Origin: Polyangiales bacterium
GTDB lineage: Bacteria > Myxococcota_A > Polyangia > Polyangiales > Ga0077539
DNA length: 64,000 nt
Direction: 5' to 3'
Assembly: GCA_044229975.1 (NCBI GenBank)
Contig: JBGARZ010000006.1
Span: 128,001 to 192,000, forward strand
This document shows, piece by piece, positions 9,139-18,482 of the stretch; the first letter of the stretch is position 1; each line of letters starts with the position of its first letter. A program made the translations under genes and the position numbers. The notes beneath the pieces were generated by a model. It was not told the origin of the DNA. It did no database searches and saw nothing but the letters and a program-made list of their open reading frames with translations.

Positions 9139-11301
9139 ATGGCGACGACGAACGCACGACGATGGTGGAGGGGAGCGCTCCCCGTGGTGGCGCTGCTGGC
9201 GGTGGGCTGCGGCGACAGCGCGGCGACCACGGACGCAGCGACCACGGAAGACAACGGCGCGGCGACGGACACACCGACGACGACGGACAACGGAACGCCC
9301 AAGGACGTCGCGACCCCCACCGACGCCGGCACCGACGTGGGCACGCCCATGGACACGCCGACGCCGACCGACGTGCAGACGCCCGATGACACGGCGACTC
9401 CCACCGACGTGCCGGCCGACGCGGGTACGCCCGACGCCGGAACGCCCGACACCGGCCCGGTGGACGCAGGCTGCCCCAACGACGACGCGTGCCCGGCGGG
9501 TCAGGTGTGTACGGCTGGAGCTTGTGTACCGGGGTGCAGTCCGACGCACGCGTGCCCGACGGCGCAGTCGTGCTGCTCGGGCTCGTGCGTCGACCCGCAG
9601 ACCAGCCTCACCCACTGCGGCGCCTGCGGCGCGGCGTGTAATGCGAGCAATGGGACGCCCGTGTGCACCGCGGGTCGCTGCACCGTGACGGCCTGCCCGA
9701 CCGGCACGGCCGACTGCGACTCGATGGCGGCCAACGGCTGCGAGGTCAACACCGCCACCACCACGGCCAACTGCGGGAGCTGCGGCAACGTGTGCCCGAC
9801 GCGCGCCAACGCGACCTCGTCGTGCGCGGCGAGCGCCTGCGCCTTCGCGTGCACCACGGGCTTCGCGGACTGCGACACGACGGCCGACACGGGCTGCGAG
9901 GTCGACACCCGCACCAGCGTCGCCAACTGCGGGATGTGCGGGCGCGCGTGCTCCTTCGCCAACGCGGCGACGTCGTGCGCGGCGAGCGCGTGCGTGTTTG
10001 GTGCGTGCAACGACGGCTTCGCCAACTGCGACGCGATGGCGACCAACGGCTGCGAGGTCAACGTTCGCACCGACGTGGCCAACTGCGGGGCGTGCGGGCG
10101 CATGTGCGGCGCGGGGCAGACCTGCGCGGCCGGGGCGTGCGTGTTCGGCAGCGGCGCGGACGGCGCGCTGACGGCGACCGCCGACCGGGTCATCAACGAC
10201 GTTCGCGCGAGCGCGGCGGGCACTGCGGGGATGACCACGGTGACGCTGTCCAACGTGATGGGAACCTTCGCGCCGGGTCAGGCGGTGCTGCTGCACCAGA
10301 CGCAGGCGGCGGTCGGGTCGGTGGGGCACTACGAGTACGCGCGCGTCGCGACGGTGGCGGGCACCACGCTCACGCTGACGGCGGCGCTGCGCAACACGTA
10401 CGCGACGGATGCCACCAACCGCGCGCAGGTGGTTCGGGTGCAGGAGTACACGGCGGTGACGGTGAGCGCGGGCGCGACCGTGAGCGCCGCGGCGTGGGAC
10501 GGAAACTCGGGTGGTGTGATGGCCATCGACGCGCAGGGCGAGGTGCGCGTCGCGGGGACGCTCGACATGGCGGGCCGTGGCTTCCGCGGCAACCGTCGGA
10601 CGTGCGCGTCGACGCCGACGTACCGCTGCATGCGCGGCGTGGCGGGCGAGGGCGAGCGGGGACGCGGCGCGGCCAACATCCTGGCCAACCAGTCGGGCGG
10701 CGGCGGCGGCGGCGCGGGCCAGGACTGCGCGGCCGGCGGCGGCGGCGGACACGCGACGCCCGGCGAAGGCGGCGCGGCGGGCACCAACGGGGTGTGCGCC
10801 GAGGCCAACCCCATCCCGCCGGGCGCGGGCGGAACGACATCGGGCGTGGCCTCGCTGGCAAACGTGGCGCTCTTCGGCGGCGCGGGCGGTGAGGGCGGCG
10901 CGGATGAAGACGGGTCGTACCCGGGCGGCGGCGGCCACGGCGGCGGCATCGTGCTGGTGCGCGCGACGACGGTGGTGCTGACGGGCGTCGGGTCCATCGC
11001 GGTCAACGGCGGCGACGGCGAGGACGGCCACCAGAACGCCTGCGCCGGCGGAACAGGCGCCGGCATGGGCGGCGGCGGCGGCGGCGCGGCGGGCGCGGTG
11101 CGGCTCACGGCGCTCACCAGCGCCACGGTGCTGCGGGCGACGGCGGACCCGAGCCCGGGCGTGCGGGCGCGCGGCGGCGGCGGCGGCTACTGCGGCGCGA
11201 CGTCGCGCGACTACGCAGCGGGCCTCGGCGGCAACGGGCGGGTGAGCATCGTGTCGCCGATGATCACCGGCGCGTCGTACCCGGCGCACGTGGTGGACTG
11301 A
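9139..11301 (+). CDS. Cys-rich repeat lipoprotein with Gly-rich C-terminal domain
   Basis: RBS GAGGAG, lipobox LAVGC, T/D/P linker, repeated CGxCGxxC and NGCEV units, poly-Gly tracts. Confidence 0.8.
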   Translation: MATTNARRWWRGALPVVALLAVGCGDSAATTDAATTEDNGAATDTPTTTDNGTPKDVATPTDAGTDVGTPMDTPTPTDVQTPDDTATPTDVPADAGTPDAGTPDTGPVDAGCPNDDACPAGQVCTAGACVPGCSPTHACPTAQSCCSGSCVDPQTSLTHCGACGAACNASNGTPVCTAGRCTVTACPTGTADCDSMAANGCEVNTATTTANCGSCGNVCPTRANATSSCAASACAFACTTGFADCDTTADTGCEVDTRTSVANCGMCGRACSFANAATSCAASACVFGACNDGFANCDAMATNGCEVNVRTDVANCGACGRMCGAGQTCAAGACVFGSGADGALTATADRVINDVRASAAGTAGMTTVTLSNVMGTFAPGQAVLLHQTQAAVGSVGHYEYARVATVAGTTLTLTAALRNTYATDATNRAQVVRVQEYTAVTVSAGATVSAAAWDGNSGGVMAIDAQGEVRVAGTLDMAGRGFRGNRRTCASTPTYRCMRGVAGEGERGRGAANILANQSGGGGGGAGQDCAAGGGGGHATPGEGGAAGTNGVCAEANPIPPGAGGTTSGVASLANVALFGGAGGEGGADEDGSYPGGGGHGGGIVLVRATTVVLTGVGSIAVNGGDGEDGHQNACAGGTGAGMGGGGGGAAGAVRLTALTSATVLRATADPSPGVRARGGGGGYCGATSRDYAAGLGGNGRVSIVSPMITGASYPAHVVD

Positions 11302-11307
11302 CCGAGC

Positions 11308-11325
11308 GGGGGTGGGGACGGTTTC
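11308..11325. repeat. Partial copy of the terminal motif of the 37573 palindrome
   Basis: GGGGGTGGGGACGGTTTC versus GGGGGTCAGGGACGGTTTC just before and within the 37573 arm. Confidence 0.45.
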
Positions 11326-11405
11326 TGAGTCCCAACCTGGCACACCCCTCTTCTCGCTTCTCTCAACACGCTGCTGCGGTGCGGGAATTGCTCTCACCAT
11401 CGGCC

Positions 11406-11918
11406 ATGGCATCTCGCGCATGGTGGTGGGTGACGGCGGTGGCGTTGGGGTGTTCGTCGACCGTGGCCTCCGTCGATGCGGGCGGTGGTGACGCAGCGTG
11501 GGATGCTGCCGCGGACGTGGCGACCGATCGGGGGAAGCCCATCACGTGCGAGTGCCCGACGGGTCGCTGCGCCGTAGGGGAGAGCTGGCGGGCAAGCGAC
11601 GGCTGCAACACCTGCGGGTGCATGGCCGGTGGACAGGTGGGCTGCACGCTCATCGGGTGCCTGCCTCCCGACGCGGGCCCTCCGCCCGTGGACGTCGCGC
11701 CGACGGTGCGATTGTGCGGCTCCAACGCCGAGTGCGGAGCGGGTCAGGTGTGCGAGTTCGAGCAGGGCTGCGACGTGACCCGCGGGCGCTGCGCCTCCGA
11801 CGACTGCCACAGCCTCCCGGTGGCGCCGCAGTACTGCGGCTGCAACGGCCTGACCCTCCAACAGGTGAGCGCGTGCCTGCCCGATCGACCGTGGCGTTCG
11901 ATGGGCGCGTGCCCCTGA
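11406..11918 (+). CDS. Small Cys-rich lipoprotein with pacifastin-type inhibitor motif
   Basis: Lipobox ALGC; C-x11-CNTCGC-x2-G-x4-CTLIGC. Confidence 0.75.
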   Translation: MASRAWWWVTAVALGCSSTVASVDAGGGDAAWDAAADVATDRGKPITCECPTGRCAVGESWRASDGCNTCGCMAGGQVGCTLIGCLPPDAGPPPVDVAPTVRLCGSNAECGAGQVCEFEQGCDVTRGRCASDDCHSLPVAPQYCGCNGLTLQQVSACLPDRPWRSMGACP

Positions 11919-11921
11919 GCG

Positions 11922-12755
11922 CTACCGCGCGTCGACCGCGGCGATGTGCGCGGCGATGAGCGCATCCACAACGGCCCCATGCGTCAGCGGACCCATGTGC
12001 CCGGCGCCCGCGATCACCTCGCGCCGTGCGTCGGGCAGCGCCGCCGCGAGCACCTCGGTCACCCGCCGCGCGGCCGTCGGTGAGCGCTCGCCGCTGAGGA
12101 GCAGCGCGGGCGCCGTCACCCCCGCGTAGGCCGCCGCGCCGGTGCCGTCGCTCATCAACGACATCACCTCGCGAAACACCTTCCGACCCACGCGCAGAAA
12201 CTGCTCGCGCGACGTGGCGGGGAGGGCGCTCCAGGCGCCGGGGCCGTTCCAGTAGTCGACGAAGGCGGTCATCCACGCTTCGCCGCCACCGAGGGTCTCG
12301 TCGGTGAACACGGGCTGCGACCCGGCGCGCGCGAGGTCGGCGAGGCCATGCTCATCGGGCGGATCGTGCAGCACCCCAAACGCCACCGGGTCGTACACGG
12401 ACAGCGAGCGCACGCGGTGGCCGTGACGACGCGCGACGGTGAGCGCGACGAGCCCGCCGTACGAGTGGCCGACGACGTGCGCGGGGGCATCGAGTCCATC
12501 GAGCACGCGCGTCACCGCAGCGACGTCGAGGTCGAAGTGGAAGGGGACCTCGTCGGGCCACGGCGGGTTCTTCCCCGAGCCGAGGAAGTCGGGCGCGAGC
12601 ACCCGATGCGCGGGAGCGAGGCGCTCGGCGAGCGCGCGCCACTGGCGGGACGACATGCCGCCGCTGTGCAGGAGCAGCACGGGGGTTCCGGTGCCGCGGT
12701 CGTCGACGTGGAGGGCGATGCTGGCGGGGTCGGTCATGGCGCTGGTCGCCAGCAT
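11922..12755 (-). CDS. Alpha/beta hydrolase
   Basis: LLLHSGG, GHSYGG nucleophile elbow, GAGHM. Confidence 0.9.
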   Translation of the reverse strand: MLATSAMTDPASIALHVDDRGTGTPVLLLHSGGMSSRQWRALAERLAPAHRVLAPDFLGSGKNPPWPDEVPFHFDLDVAAVTRVLDGLDAPAHVVGHSYGGLVALTVARRHGHRVRSLSVYDPVAFGVLHDPPDEHGLADLARAGSQPVFTDETLGGGEAWMTAFVDYWNGPGAWSALPATSREQFLRVGRKVFREVMSLMSDGTGAAAYAGVTAPALLLSGERSPTAARRVTEVLAAALPDARREVIAGAGHMGPLTHGAVVDALIAAHIAAVDAR

Positions 12756-12767
12756 AGCGGCACCCGC

Positions 12768-13520
12768 CTACGCGTCGCGCCCGAACTCCACCCACGGCGA
12801 CGACCGCGCCACCTCCGCGCCCGCCGTCACCACTCCCGCCCACTCATCCACTGCGCTGCCCTCCGCGCGCGCCGCCGTCACCCGCAGCGCCGCCGCGTCG
12901 CCCTCCGCCCGCAGCACCCACTCGCGCTCCGCCCCGTCGCTCGCCCACCAGCTCACCGCGCGGCCCGTCGCCTCGGCCCGCTGCCACAGCGCCGTCGCTC
13001 GCGCGCCCTCACGCAACCTCCCCCCGCCCGACCGCGCGTAGCTCCTCCCCCGCGCCGCCCACGCCGTCAGCCGCGCCACCAGCGCCGCCCGATCACGCGC
13101 GTCCGTCACCTCCATCGCGCGCCCGACCCAGCTCCCCTCACCCGCCGCCCCGTCGGTCACGTCGACCGTCAGCTCGCGCGTCGTCTCGTCGCCGTCCACC
13201 GCCAGCGTCACGCGCAGCACGCCGCGTCCCGGTCGCGCCGCCACGCCCAGCAGCTCGCCCACCAACACGCCCGCGAGCCCGTCGCCCGCGCGCCACGCCA
13301 CCGTCGGCGACGCCACCTCCGCGCCCGCGCGAAAGACACCGATGCCCGACCACGGGTCCCACCCCGCCGCGGGCTTCGTCGCCGATCGCAGCCGCGCGCT
13401 CACCAGCGTCACGATCCCACGGTCGAGGGCCTCGCCCGACGCGCGCACCGACACCTCGCGATCGCCGCGCGGGCACTGGCGCCACAGCGAAAGGCCCCGC
13501 AGCGGTTCGCCCGCGATCAC
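12768..13520 (-). CDS. Hypothetical protein, translationally coupled to the dehydratase
   Basis: GTGA overlap with upstream stop at 13517-13520; fills the gap between two minus-strand genes. Confidence 0.55.
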   Translation of the reverse strand: MIAGEPLRGLSLWRQCPRGDREVSVRASGEALDRGIVTLVSARLRSATKPAAGWDPWSGIGVFRAGAEVASPTVAWRAGDGLAGVLVGELLGVAARPGRGVLRVTLAVDGDETTRELTVDVTDGAAGEGSWVGRAMEVTDARDRAALVARLTAWAARGRSYARSGGGRLREGARATALWQRAEATGRAVSWWASDGAEREWVLRAEGDAAALRVTAARAEGSAVDEWAGVVTAGAEVARSSPWVEFGRDA

Positions 13521-15481
13521 ACCGCGTCGGGACCGACGATGCGGCCCGCGATGGCGCTCGCCGCGATGACGTACGGCGACGCGAGGTACACCTTCCCCGG
13601 GCCCGAGCGCCCCGGGAAGTTGCGGTTGATGGCGCTCACGGTCACCTCGTCGGGCCGCTCGCTCACACCGGGGCCGGCCTTGATGCACGCGCCGCACGAC
13701 GGGTTGATGAGCTCCGCGCCCGCGCGCTGAAACACCTCGATGTACCCCTTCGCCTCGGCGTACTCGCGGATGTCCTGCGACCCGAACTGGATGAACAACC
13801 GCACCCCCGGCGCCACCGTCCGCCCCTGCGCCACCGCGCGCGACAGCACCGACGCGTACATGTCCATGTCGGCCTTCTTGCCGCCGGTGCAGCTCCCGCC
13901 GTAGGCCACGTCGATCTTTACATCGTCCGGTAAAGCCGCCAGCGACACCCCGTTGCGCGGATCGCCCGGCGTCGCGACCATCGGCCCGAGCGCGTCGAGG
14001 TCGATGTCGAAGCGATGCGCGTAGCTCGCCCCTTCGTCCGCCGTCACGATGCGCGCGCGGACGTCGTCCTTCGCCATCCCGCGCCTGGCCGCGAGGTAGT
14101 CCACCACCACGTCGTCGGCCTCGATGATGCCCGTGAAGCCGCCCGCCTCGACGCTCATGTTGGTGAGCGTCGCGCGCTCGTCCAGCGCCATCGCCCGCGT
14201 GCCCGGCCCCGCGAACTCCAGCACCTTGCCGATGCCGCGGCCGTCCTTGAAGTACTCCTGCGACAGCAGGTGGAGCATCACGTCCTTGGCCGACACGCCC
14301 GCGCGCAGCGTCCCGGTCAGGTGCACCAGCACGCTCTCCGGCACGCGCACCCGCACGTCGCGCGTAAACCACGCGTTGGCCATGTCGGTGCTCCCGACCC
14401 CGAACGCAAAACATCCCAGCGCGCCGGCCATGCAGGTGTGCGAGTCGGTTCCGCACACGACCTGGCCGGGGAGCGCGATGTCCTCGATGACGGCGTTGTG
14501 GCAGATGGCCTGCGAGCCGCGGCCGACCTTGTTCTGCACCTCGCCGTAGTGCTTCACGCCCTGCGTCCTGGAGAAGTCCTCCTGCACCACCGCGAGGCGG
14601 TGGGCGACCTCCCGCAGGCCCATCTTCTTGTGGGCCTCGCTCATCACATCATCGAGGAAGGTGAGGTGGTCGCGGAACGTGTACACGCTCGCCGGGTCGG
14701 TCACCCGCGCGTCGTCGCCGAAGGCCCCGCGGAAGAGCGCGTCGGCCATCGGCGTCACGTACTCGTGCGAAAACCGCACGTCCGCCCGCACGAAGAACGC
14801 GTCACCCGGCGTCACGGCGGTCACGCCCTGCCGGTCGTTGCGGAGGTCGGTCACGGCGTGCGCGGCGAGGATCTTCTCCGTCAGCGTCATCGGTCGCGCG
14901 GGCGTGGTGATGGCGGGCGGCGTTCGCTCTCCGGCCATGCGGAGCTTGGAGTACTCGAAGAGCCCGCCGCCGCGGACGATGTCCGTCGAGATGGGGTCGA
15001 GGCCCCGCGTGAACTCCTCCAACGGAATGGCTTCGCCGCGCGCGATGCGCTCGACGAGGCCGAAGTCGGTGCTGGTGAGGAGCCCGATGTTCTGGGCGTT
15101 TTGCGAGTAGATCTTCTCGATGTTGCGGGCGATGACGAGCTGCACGCCCGACTTGAGCTCGGAGTACGGCGCCGTCTCGCGCGAGCTGCCGCAGCCCTTC
15201 GAGCGGCCCGAGACGATCACCGAGAACCCGCCGTTCTTGATGTCGTTGCGCTGCACCTTCTGGCCGCGCAGCCCGACGAGGCAGTACTCCGCGAGCGTCT
15301 CGTCGTAGTAGTAGCAAACCCACCCTGGGGTGATCTCGTCGGTGGAGATGTTGTCGATGAGCGGGCGCCCAGCGTCCCACGCGAGCGACGCGCCCTGGTG
15401 GAGCTGTTGCGAGAGCAGCTCCTGGTCTTCGGTGAGAAACAGGGTCCGTCCCGGAAACCGAACGCTCTCTTCGCGTGCCAT
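13517..15481 (-). CDS. Aconitase-family dehydratase, fused small (swivel) and large subunits (LeuD-LeuC type)
   Basis: N-terminal DNISTDEI and GCGSSRE; later GTDSHT, GGSCTGG, SCGACI, NRNFPGRSG. Confidence 0.9.
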   Translation of the reverse strand: MAREESVRFPGRTLFLTEDQELLSQQLHQGASLAWDAGRPLIDNISTDEITPGWVCYYYDETLAEYCLVGLRGQKVQRNDIKNGGFSVIVSGRSKGCGSSRETAPYSELKSGVQLVIARNIEKIYSQNAQNIGLLTSTDFGLVERIARGEAIPLEEFTRGLDPISTDIVRGGGLFEYSKLRMAGERTPPAITTPARPMTLTEKILAAHAVTDLRNDRQGVTAVTPGDAFFVRADVRFSHEYVTPMADALFRGAFGDDARVTDPASVYTFRDHLTFLDDVMSEAHKKMGLREVAHRLAVVQEDFSRTQGVKHYGEVQNKVGRGSQAICHNAVIEDIALPGQVVCGTDSHTCMAGALGCFAFGVGSTDMANAWFTRDVRVRVPESVLVHLTGTLRAGVSAKDVMLHLLSQEYFKDGRGIGKVLEFAGPGTRAMALDERATLTNMSVEAGGFTGIIEADDVVVDYLAARRGMAKDDVRARIVTADEGASYAHRFDIDLDALGPMVATPGDPRNGVSLAALPDDVKIDVAYGGSCTGGKKADMDMYASVLSRAVAQGRTVAPGVRLFIQFGSQDIREYAEAKGYIEVFQRAGAELINPSCGACIKAGPGVSERPDEVTVSAINRNFPGRSGPGKVYLASPYVIAASAIAGRIVGPDAV

Positions 15482-15611
15482 CGCCAACCAGTGCCTTTCG
15501 GAGGGGATGAGACCCCTCCGCTTGCGGGGGGCGCCGAACATAGGCGACGCGCTCCCGGTGGTGCAACGCCGCGATCACCCCTCCGCGGAGCTGTGATAGA
15601 CGTGCGGACCG

Positions 15612-16253
15612 ATGCGCGCACCCGTCACCGAACCGTCGCTCCGCAAGGCGCTCTGCGACGCCGGTCGCGTGCTGTACGAGCGCGGGCTCATCGGCCCCAC
15701 GGACGGCAACCTCTCCGCGCGCGTCGCCGACGGCCGGCTGCTCTGCACCCCGTCGGGCGCCCACAAGGGCGCGATGCGCGAAAACGACCTCGTGCTGATG
15801 GACCTCGAAGGTCGCGTCATCCGCGGCGGCAAGCCCTCCACCGAGCTGAAGATGCACCTCGCGCTCTATCGCCAGAAGCCACGGCTCGCGTGCGTGGTGC
15901 ACGCGCACCCGCCGAGCGCGGTGGGGCTCACGGTGGCGGGTTGGGGCCTCGACCCGCCGGTGGTGCCGGAGATTCTCTTCGCGATGGGGCGGGTGCCGAC
16001 CGTAGCCTACGCGTCACCAACAACTTCGGACGTGCCCGACGCGGTGGCGGCGGTGGTGGCCGCGGGGTGCGAGGCCTTCATGCTGGCGCGGCACGGGAGT
16101 GTGGTGCTGTGCGATGACCCGATGACGGGGGTGCTGCGCACGGAGATCATCGAGCACACGGCGAAGATCACCATCGCGGCGCGCTCGGCGGGTGCGGCGA
16201 TTCCGCTGCCGGAAGACGAGATTCTGCGGCTGCTCGCGCTCGCGGGTCGGTAG
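15612..16253 (+). CDS. Class II aldolase/adducin family (FucA-like)
   Basis: DGNLSAR, TPSG, PSTELKMH, VHAHP, LARHG. Confidence 0.92.
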   Translation: MRAPVTEPSLRKALCDAGRVLYERGLIGPTDGNLSARVADGRLLCTPSGAHKGAMRENDLVLMDLEGRVIRGGKPSTELKMHLALYRQKPRLACVVHAHPPSAVGLTVAGWGLDPPVVPEILFAMGRVPTVAYASPTTSDVPDAVAAVVAAGCEAFMLARHGSVVLCDDPMTGVLRTEIIEHTAKITIAARSAGAAIPLPEDEILRLLALAGR

Positions 16254-16345
16254 CGAGATCGGGCTTTCAACGCGGGTGCGGGGGCGATAGCGTGAGGGGG
16301 CGCGGCGCGACGCGGTGGTGCGGGACGACGCCCGGGAGATGAGCC

Positions 16346-17260
16346 ATGGGACTGTTTGATTCCTTCGGAGTGGGCGGCGGGGATCTCTCCATCGAGATGC
16401 AGTACGCGCAGGCCCAGGCGGGCGGCGGGCTGCAGGGGATGGTGGTGTTCCAGGCGGGGCGGAGGGCGCAGCAGATCACGCACATCACGGTGAAGGTGAC
16501 GTGCACGACGCAGGTGCCGGGGCCCAACGGGATGCAGCAGCAGACGCAGGACGTGGTGGGGCCGTTGCAGGTGGCGGGGGCGTTCGCGACGCAGCCGGGG
16601 CAGCGGTACCAGATGCCCTTCCAGGCGATGCTGCCAGGTGGTCTGTACTCGACGACGCAAAACGCGGTGTCATATCGCGTGGTCGCCAACGCCGACATTG
16701 ACGGCGAGATCGACCCCGGCGCGGGCATGGACCTCTACGTGACGGGCTCGCCCTATCAGGGCCCCGGGATGATGCCGATGGGGGCGCCGCAGTACGGCCA
16801 CGGGGGCATGGACCCGTATGCGAAGGGCGGCGATCCGTATGGGAAGAACGACCCCTACGCGAAGGGCGGCGGCTACCAGAAGGGGCAGAGCGGATCGCAG
16901 TTCCAGAAGGTGGGCGACCCCTACGCGAAGGGCGGTGACCCCTACGCGAAGGGCGCGGGCGGTGACCCCTACGCGAAGGGCGGCGACCCCTACGCGAAGG
17001 GCGGCGACCCCTACGGGAAGAGCGACCCGTATGGGAAGAGTGATCCGTACGCGAAGGGCGGCGCCTACGGGCAGGGCGACGCGTACGGCAAGGGCATGGG
17101 CGGCGGGTACTCGCCGGGGCAGCACTGCCTCGCGCAGTGGACCGACGGTCAGTACTACGGCGTGACCGTGGTGCAGGCGAACAACGGGATGTTCCTGGTG
17201 CAGTGGGACGACGGTACGCCGGCCTCGTGGGTGAGCGGCGACCAGGTGATGCCGGGCTGA
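16346..17260 (+). CDS. Spo0M/arrestin-like N-domain, DPY(A/G)K repeat linker and Tudor-like C-domain
   Basis: N-terminus resembles Spo0M ([24 protein letters not shown]); C-terminal [23 protein letters not shown]. Confidence 0.65.
   Translation: MGLFDSFGVGGGDLSIEMQYAQAQAGGGLQGMVVFQAGRRAQQITHITVKVTCTTQVPGPNGMQQQTQDVVGPLQVAGAFATQPGQRYQMPFQAMLPGGLYSTTQNAVSYRVVANADIDGEIDPGAGMDLYVTGSPYQGPGMMPMGAPQYGHGGMDPYAKGGDPYGKNDPYAKGGGYQKGQSGSQFQKVGDPYAKGGDPYAKGAGGDPYAKGGDPYAKGGDPYGKSDPYGKSDPYAKGGAYGQGDAYGKGMGGGYSPGQHCLAQWTDGQYYGVTVVQANNGMFLVQWDDGTPASWVSGDQVMPG
16811..17092 (+). repeat. Coding tandem repeat, ~18-21 bp unit (GGCGGCGACCCCTACGCGAAG)
   Basis: 10 DPY(A/G)K copies plus one DAYGK, interrupted once by a non-repeat stretch. 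Confidence 0.9.
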
Positions 17261-18036
17261 TGACCACCGCGCTGATCACGGGTGCGTCGGCGGGGCTGGG
17301 CGCGGAGTTCGCGAAGCTCTTCGCGGCCGACAAGCACGACCTGCTGCTGGTGGCCCGTCGGCGCGACCGACTCGACGCCCTCGCCGCGGAGCTGACGGCG
17401 GCGCACGGCGTGAAGGTCCACGTCGTCGCGGTTGACCTGATGGACCCGGCCGCGCCGAAGGTGATCCTCGACGAGGTCGAGCGCCTCGGGTTGGAGATCG
17501 GGTTTCTGGTCAACAACGCGGGCTTCGGCAGCAACGGCAATTTCTGGGAGCTCGACGCCGACCGCGAGCGCGGGATGATCGAGGTGAACATCACCGCCCT
17601 GGTGGTGCTCACCCGCGCACTTTTACCCGCGATGGTAAAGCGCGGCAGCGGCCGGGTGCTCAACGTGGGGTCGACGGCGGGCTTCCAGCCGGGGCCCTTC
17701 ATGGCCGGGTACTACGCGAGCAAGGCCTTCGTGAACTCCTTCACCGAGGCGCTGGCCTTCGAGCTGAAGGGCACCGGCGTGACGGCGACGGTGAGCTGCC
17801 CGGGGGCGACTGCGACGGAGTTCGCGGGCGTGGCGGGCAACGACAAGACGGCCCTCTTCAAGGCCGGCGCGATGGGCGCGACCGAGGTGGCGACGGACGC
17901 CTACCGCGCGATGCTCAAGGGGCAGGTCGTGGCGGTGCATGGCGCTCGCAACAAGCTGAGCGCGTGGTCGGTGGGCTTCTCGCCGCGCTCGGTGGTGACA
18001 GCCATCGCGGCGTCGCTCAACCGACGGCGGGCCTGA
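17260..18036 (+). CDS. Short-chain dehydrogenase/reductase
   Basis: [17 protein letters not shown]; 1-bp overlap with upstream stop. Confidence 0.92.
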   Translation: MTTALITGASAGLGAEFAKLFAADKHDLLLVARRRDRLDALAAELTAAHGVKVHVVAVDLMDPAAPKVILDEVERLGLEIGFLVNNAGFGSNGNFWELDADRERGMIEVNITALVVLTRALLPAMVKRGSGRVLNVGSTAGFQPGPFMAGYYASKAFVNSFTEALAFELKGTGVTATVSCPGATATEFAGVAGNDKTALFKAGAMGATEVATDAYRAMLKGQVVAVHGARNKLSAWSVGFSPRSVVTAIAASLNRRRA

Positions 18037-18039
18037 CGC

Positions 18040-18378
18040 TCACGGGTCGCCCGCAGGCGGCGGCGATGTCCACTTCAGACCGACGATCGCGACGACCAGC
18101 AGCGCCAGGAAGAGCGCGCGACCGCCCGTCAGTGGCTCCTTGAAGAGGAGCGCGCCGAGGAGGACGGTGCCCGTCGCGCCGATGCCCACCCACGCGGCGT
18201 AGGCGGTGCCGATGGGGAGCGTTCGAACGGCGAGCGCGAGCAGCCAGAAGCTCGCGACGATGGCGCCGATGGTGAGCGCCGACGGCAGCGGCCGCGTGAA
18301 CCCATGGGTGTACTTGAGCCCGATGGCCCAGGCGGTTTCGAGCAACCCGGCGATGAGCAGATAGAACCATGCAGACAT
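18040..18378 (-). CDS. sugE: SMR-family guanidinium exporter (Gdx/SugE)
   Basis: AGLLETAWAIGLKY, LPIGTAYAAWVGIG, four TM segments; RBS AAGGAG; guanidine riboswitch upstream. Confidence 0.93.
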   Translation of the reverse strand: MSAWFYLLIAGLLETAWAIGLKYTHGFTRPLPSALTIGAIVASFWLLALAVRTLPIGTAYAAWVGIGATGTVLLGALLFKEPLTGGRALFLALLVVAIVGLKWTSPPPAGDP

Positions 18379-18396
18379 GACGACTCCTTTGGTGGA

Positions 18397-18438
18397 GCGT
18401 CGTCTTGTCTTCTCCCGGTACGGCGCGTCTCGTCGGGG
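18397..18438 (-). ncRNA. Guanidine-III (ykkC-III) riboswitch
   Basis: Minus strand reads CCCCGACGAGACGCGCCGTACCGGGAGAAGACAAGACGACGC, matching the class pattern (GACGAG, GCGCCGTAC, GACAAGACG); lies 18 nt upstream of sugE. Confidence 0.88.
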
Positions 18439-18482
18439 TCGCTGTTGACGGGCGCACCATAGCACCGTCACTTCCCCGGCCA

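Noticed and set aside
15612..16253. Class II aldolase as microcompartment cargo
   Set aside because: No clear encapsulation-peptide extension and over 25 kb from the eut genes.
16811..17092. Possible CRISPR array
   Set aside because: In-frame coding repeats with no unique spacers and no cas genes.
18379..18460. Guanidine-II (mini-ykkC) riboswitch
   Set aside because: ACGA words occur but not as twin hairpin loops; class III fits much better.
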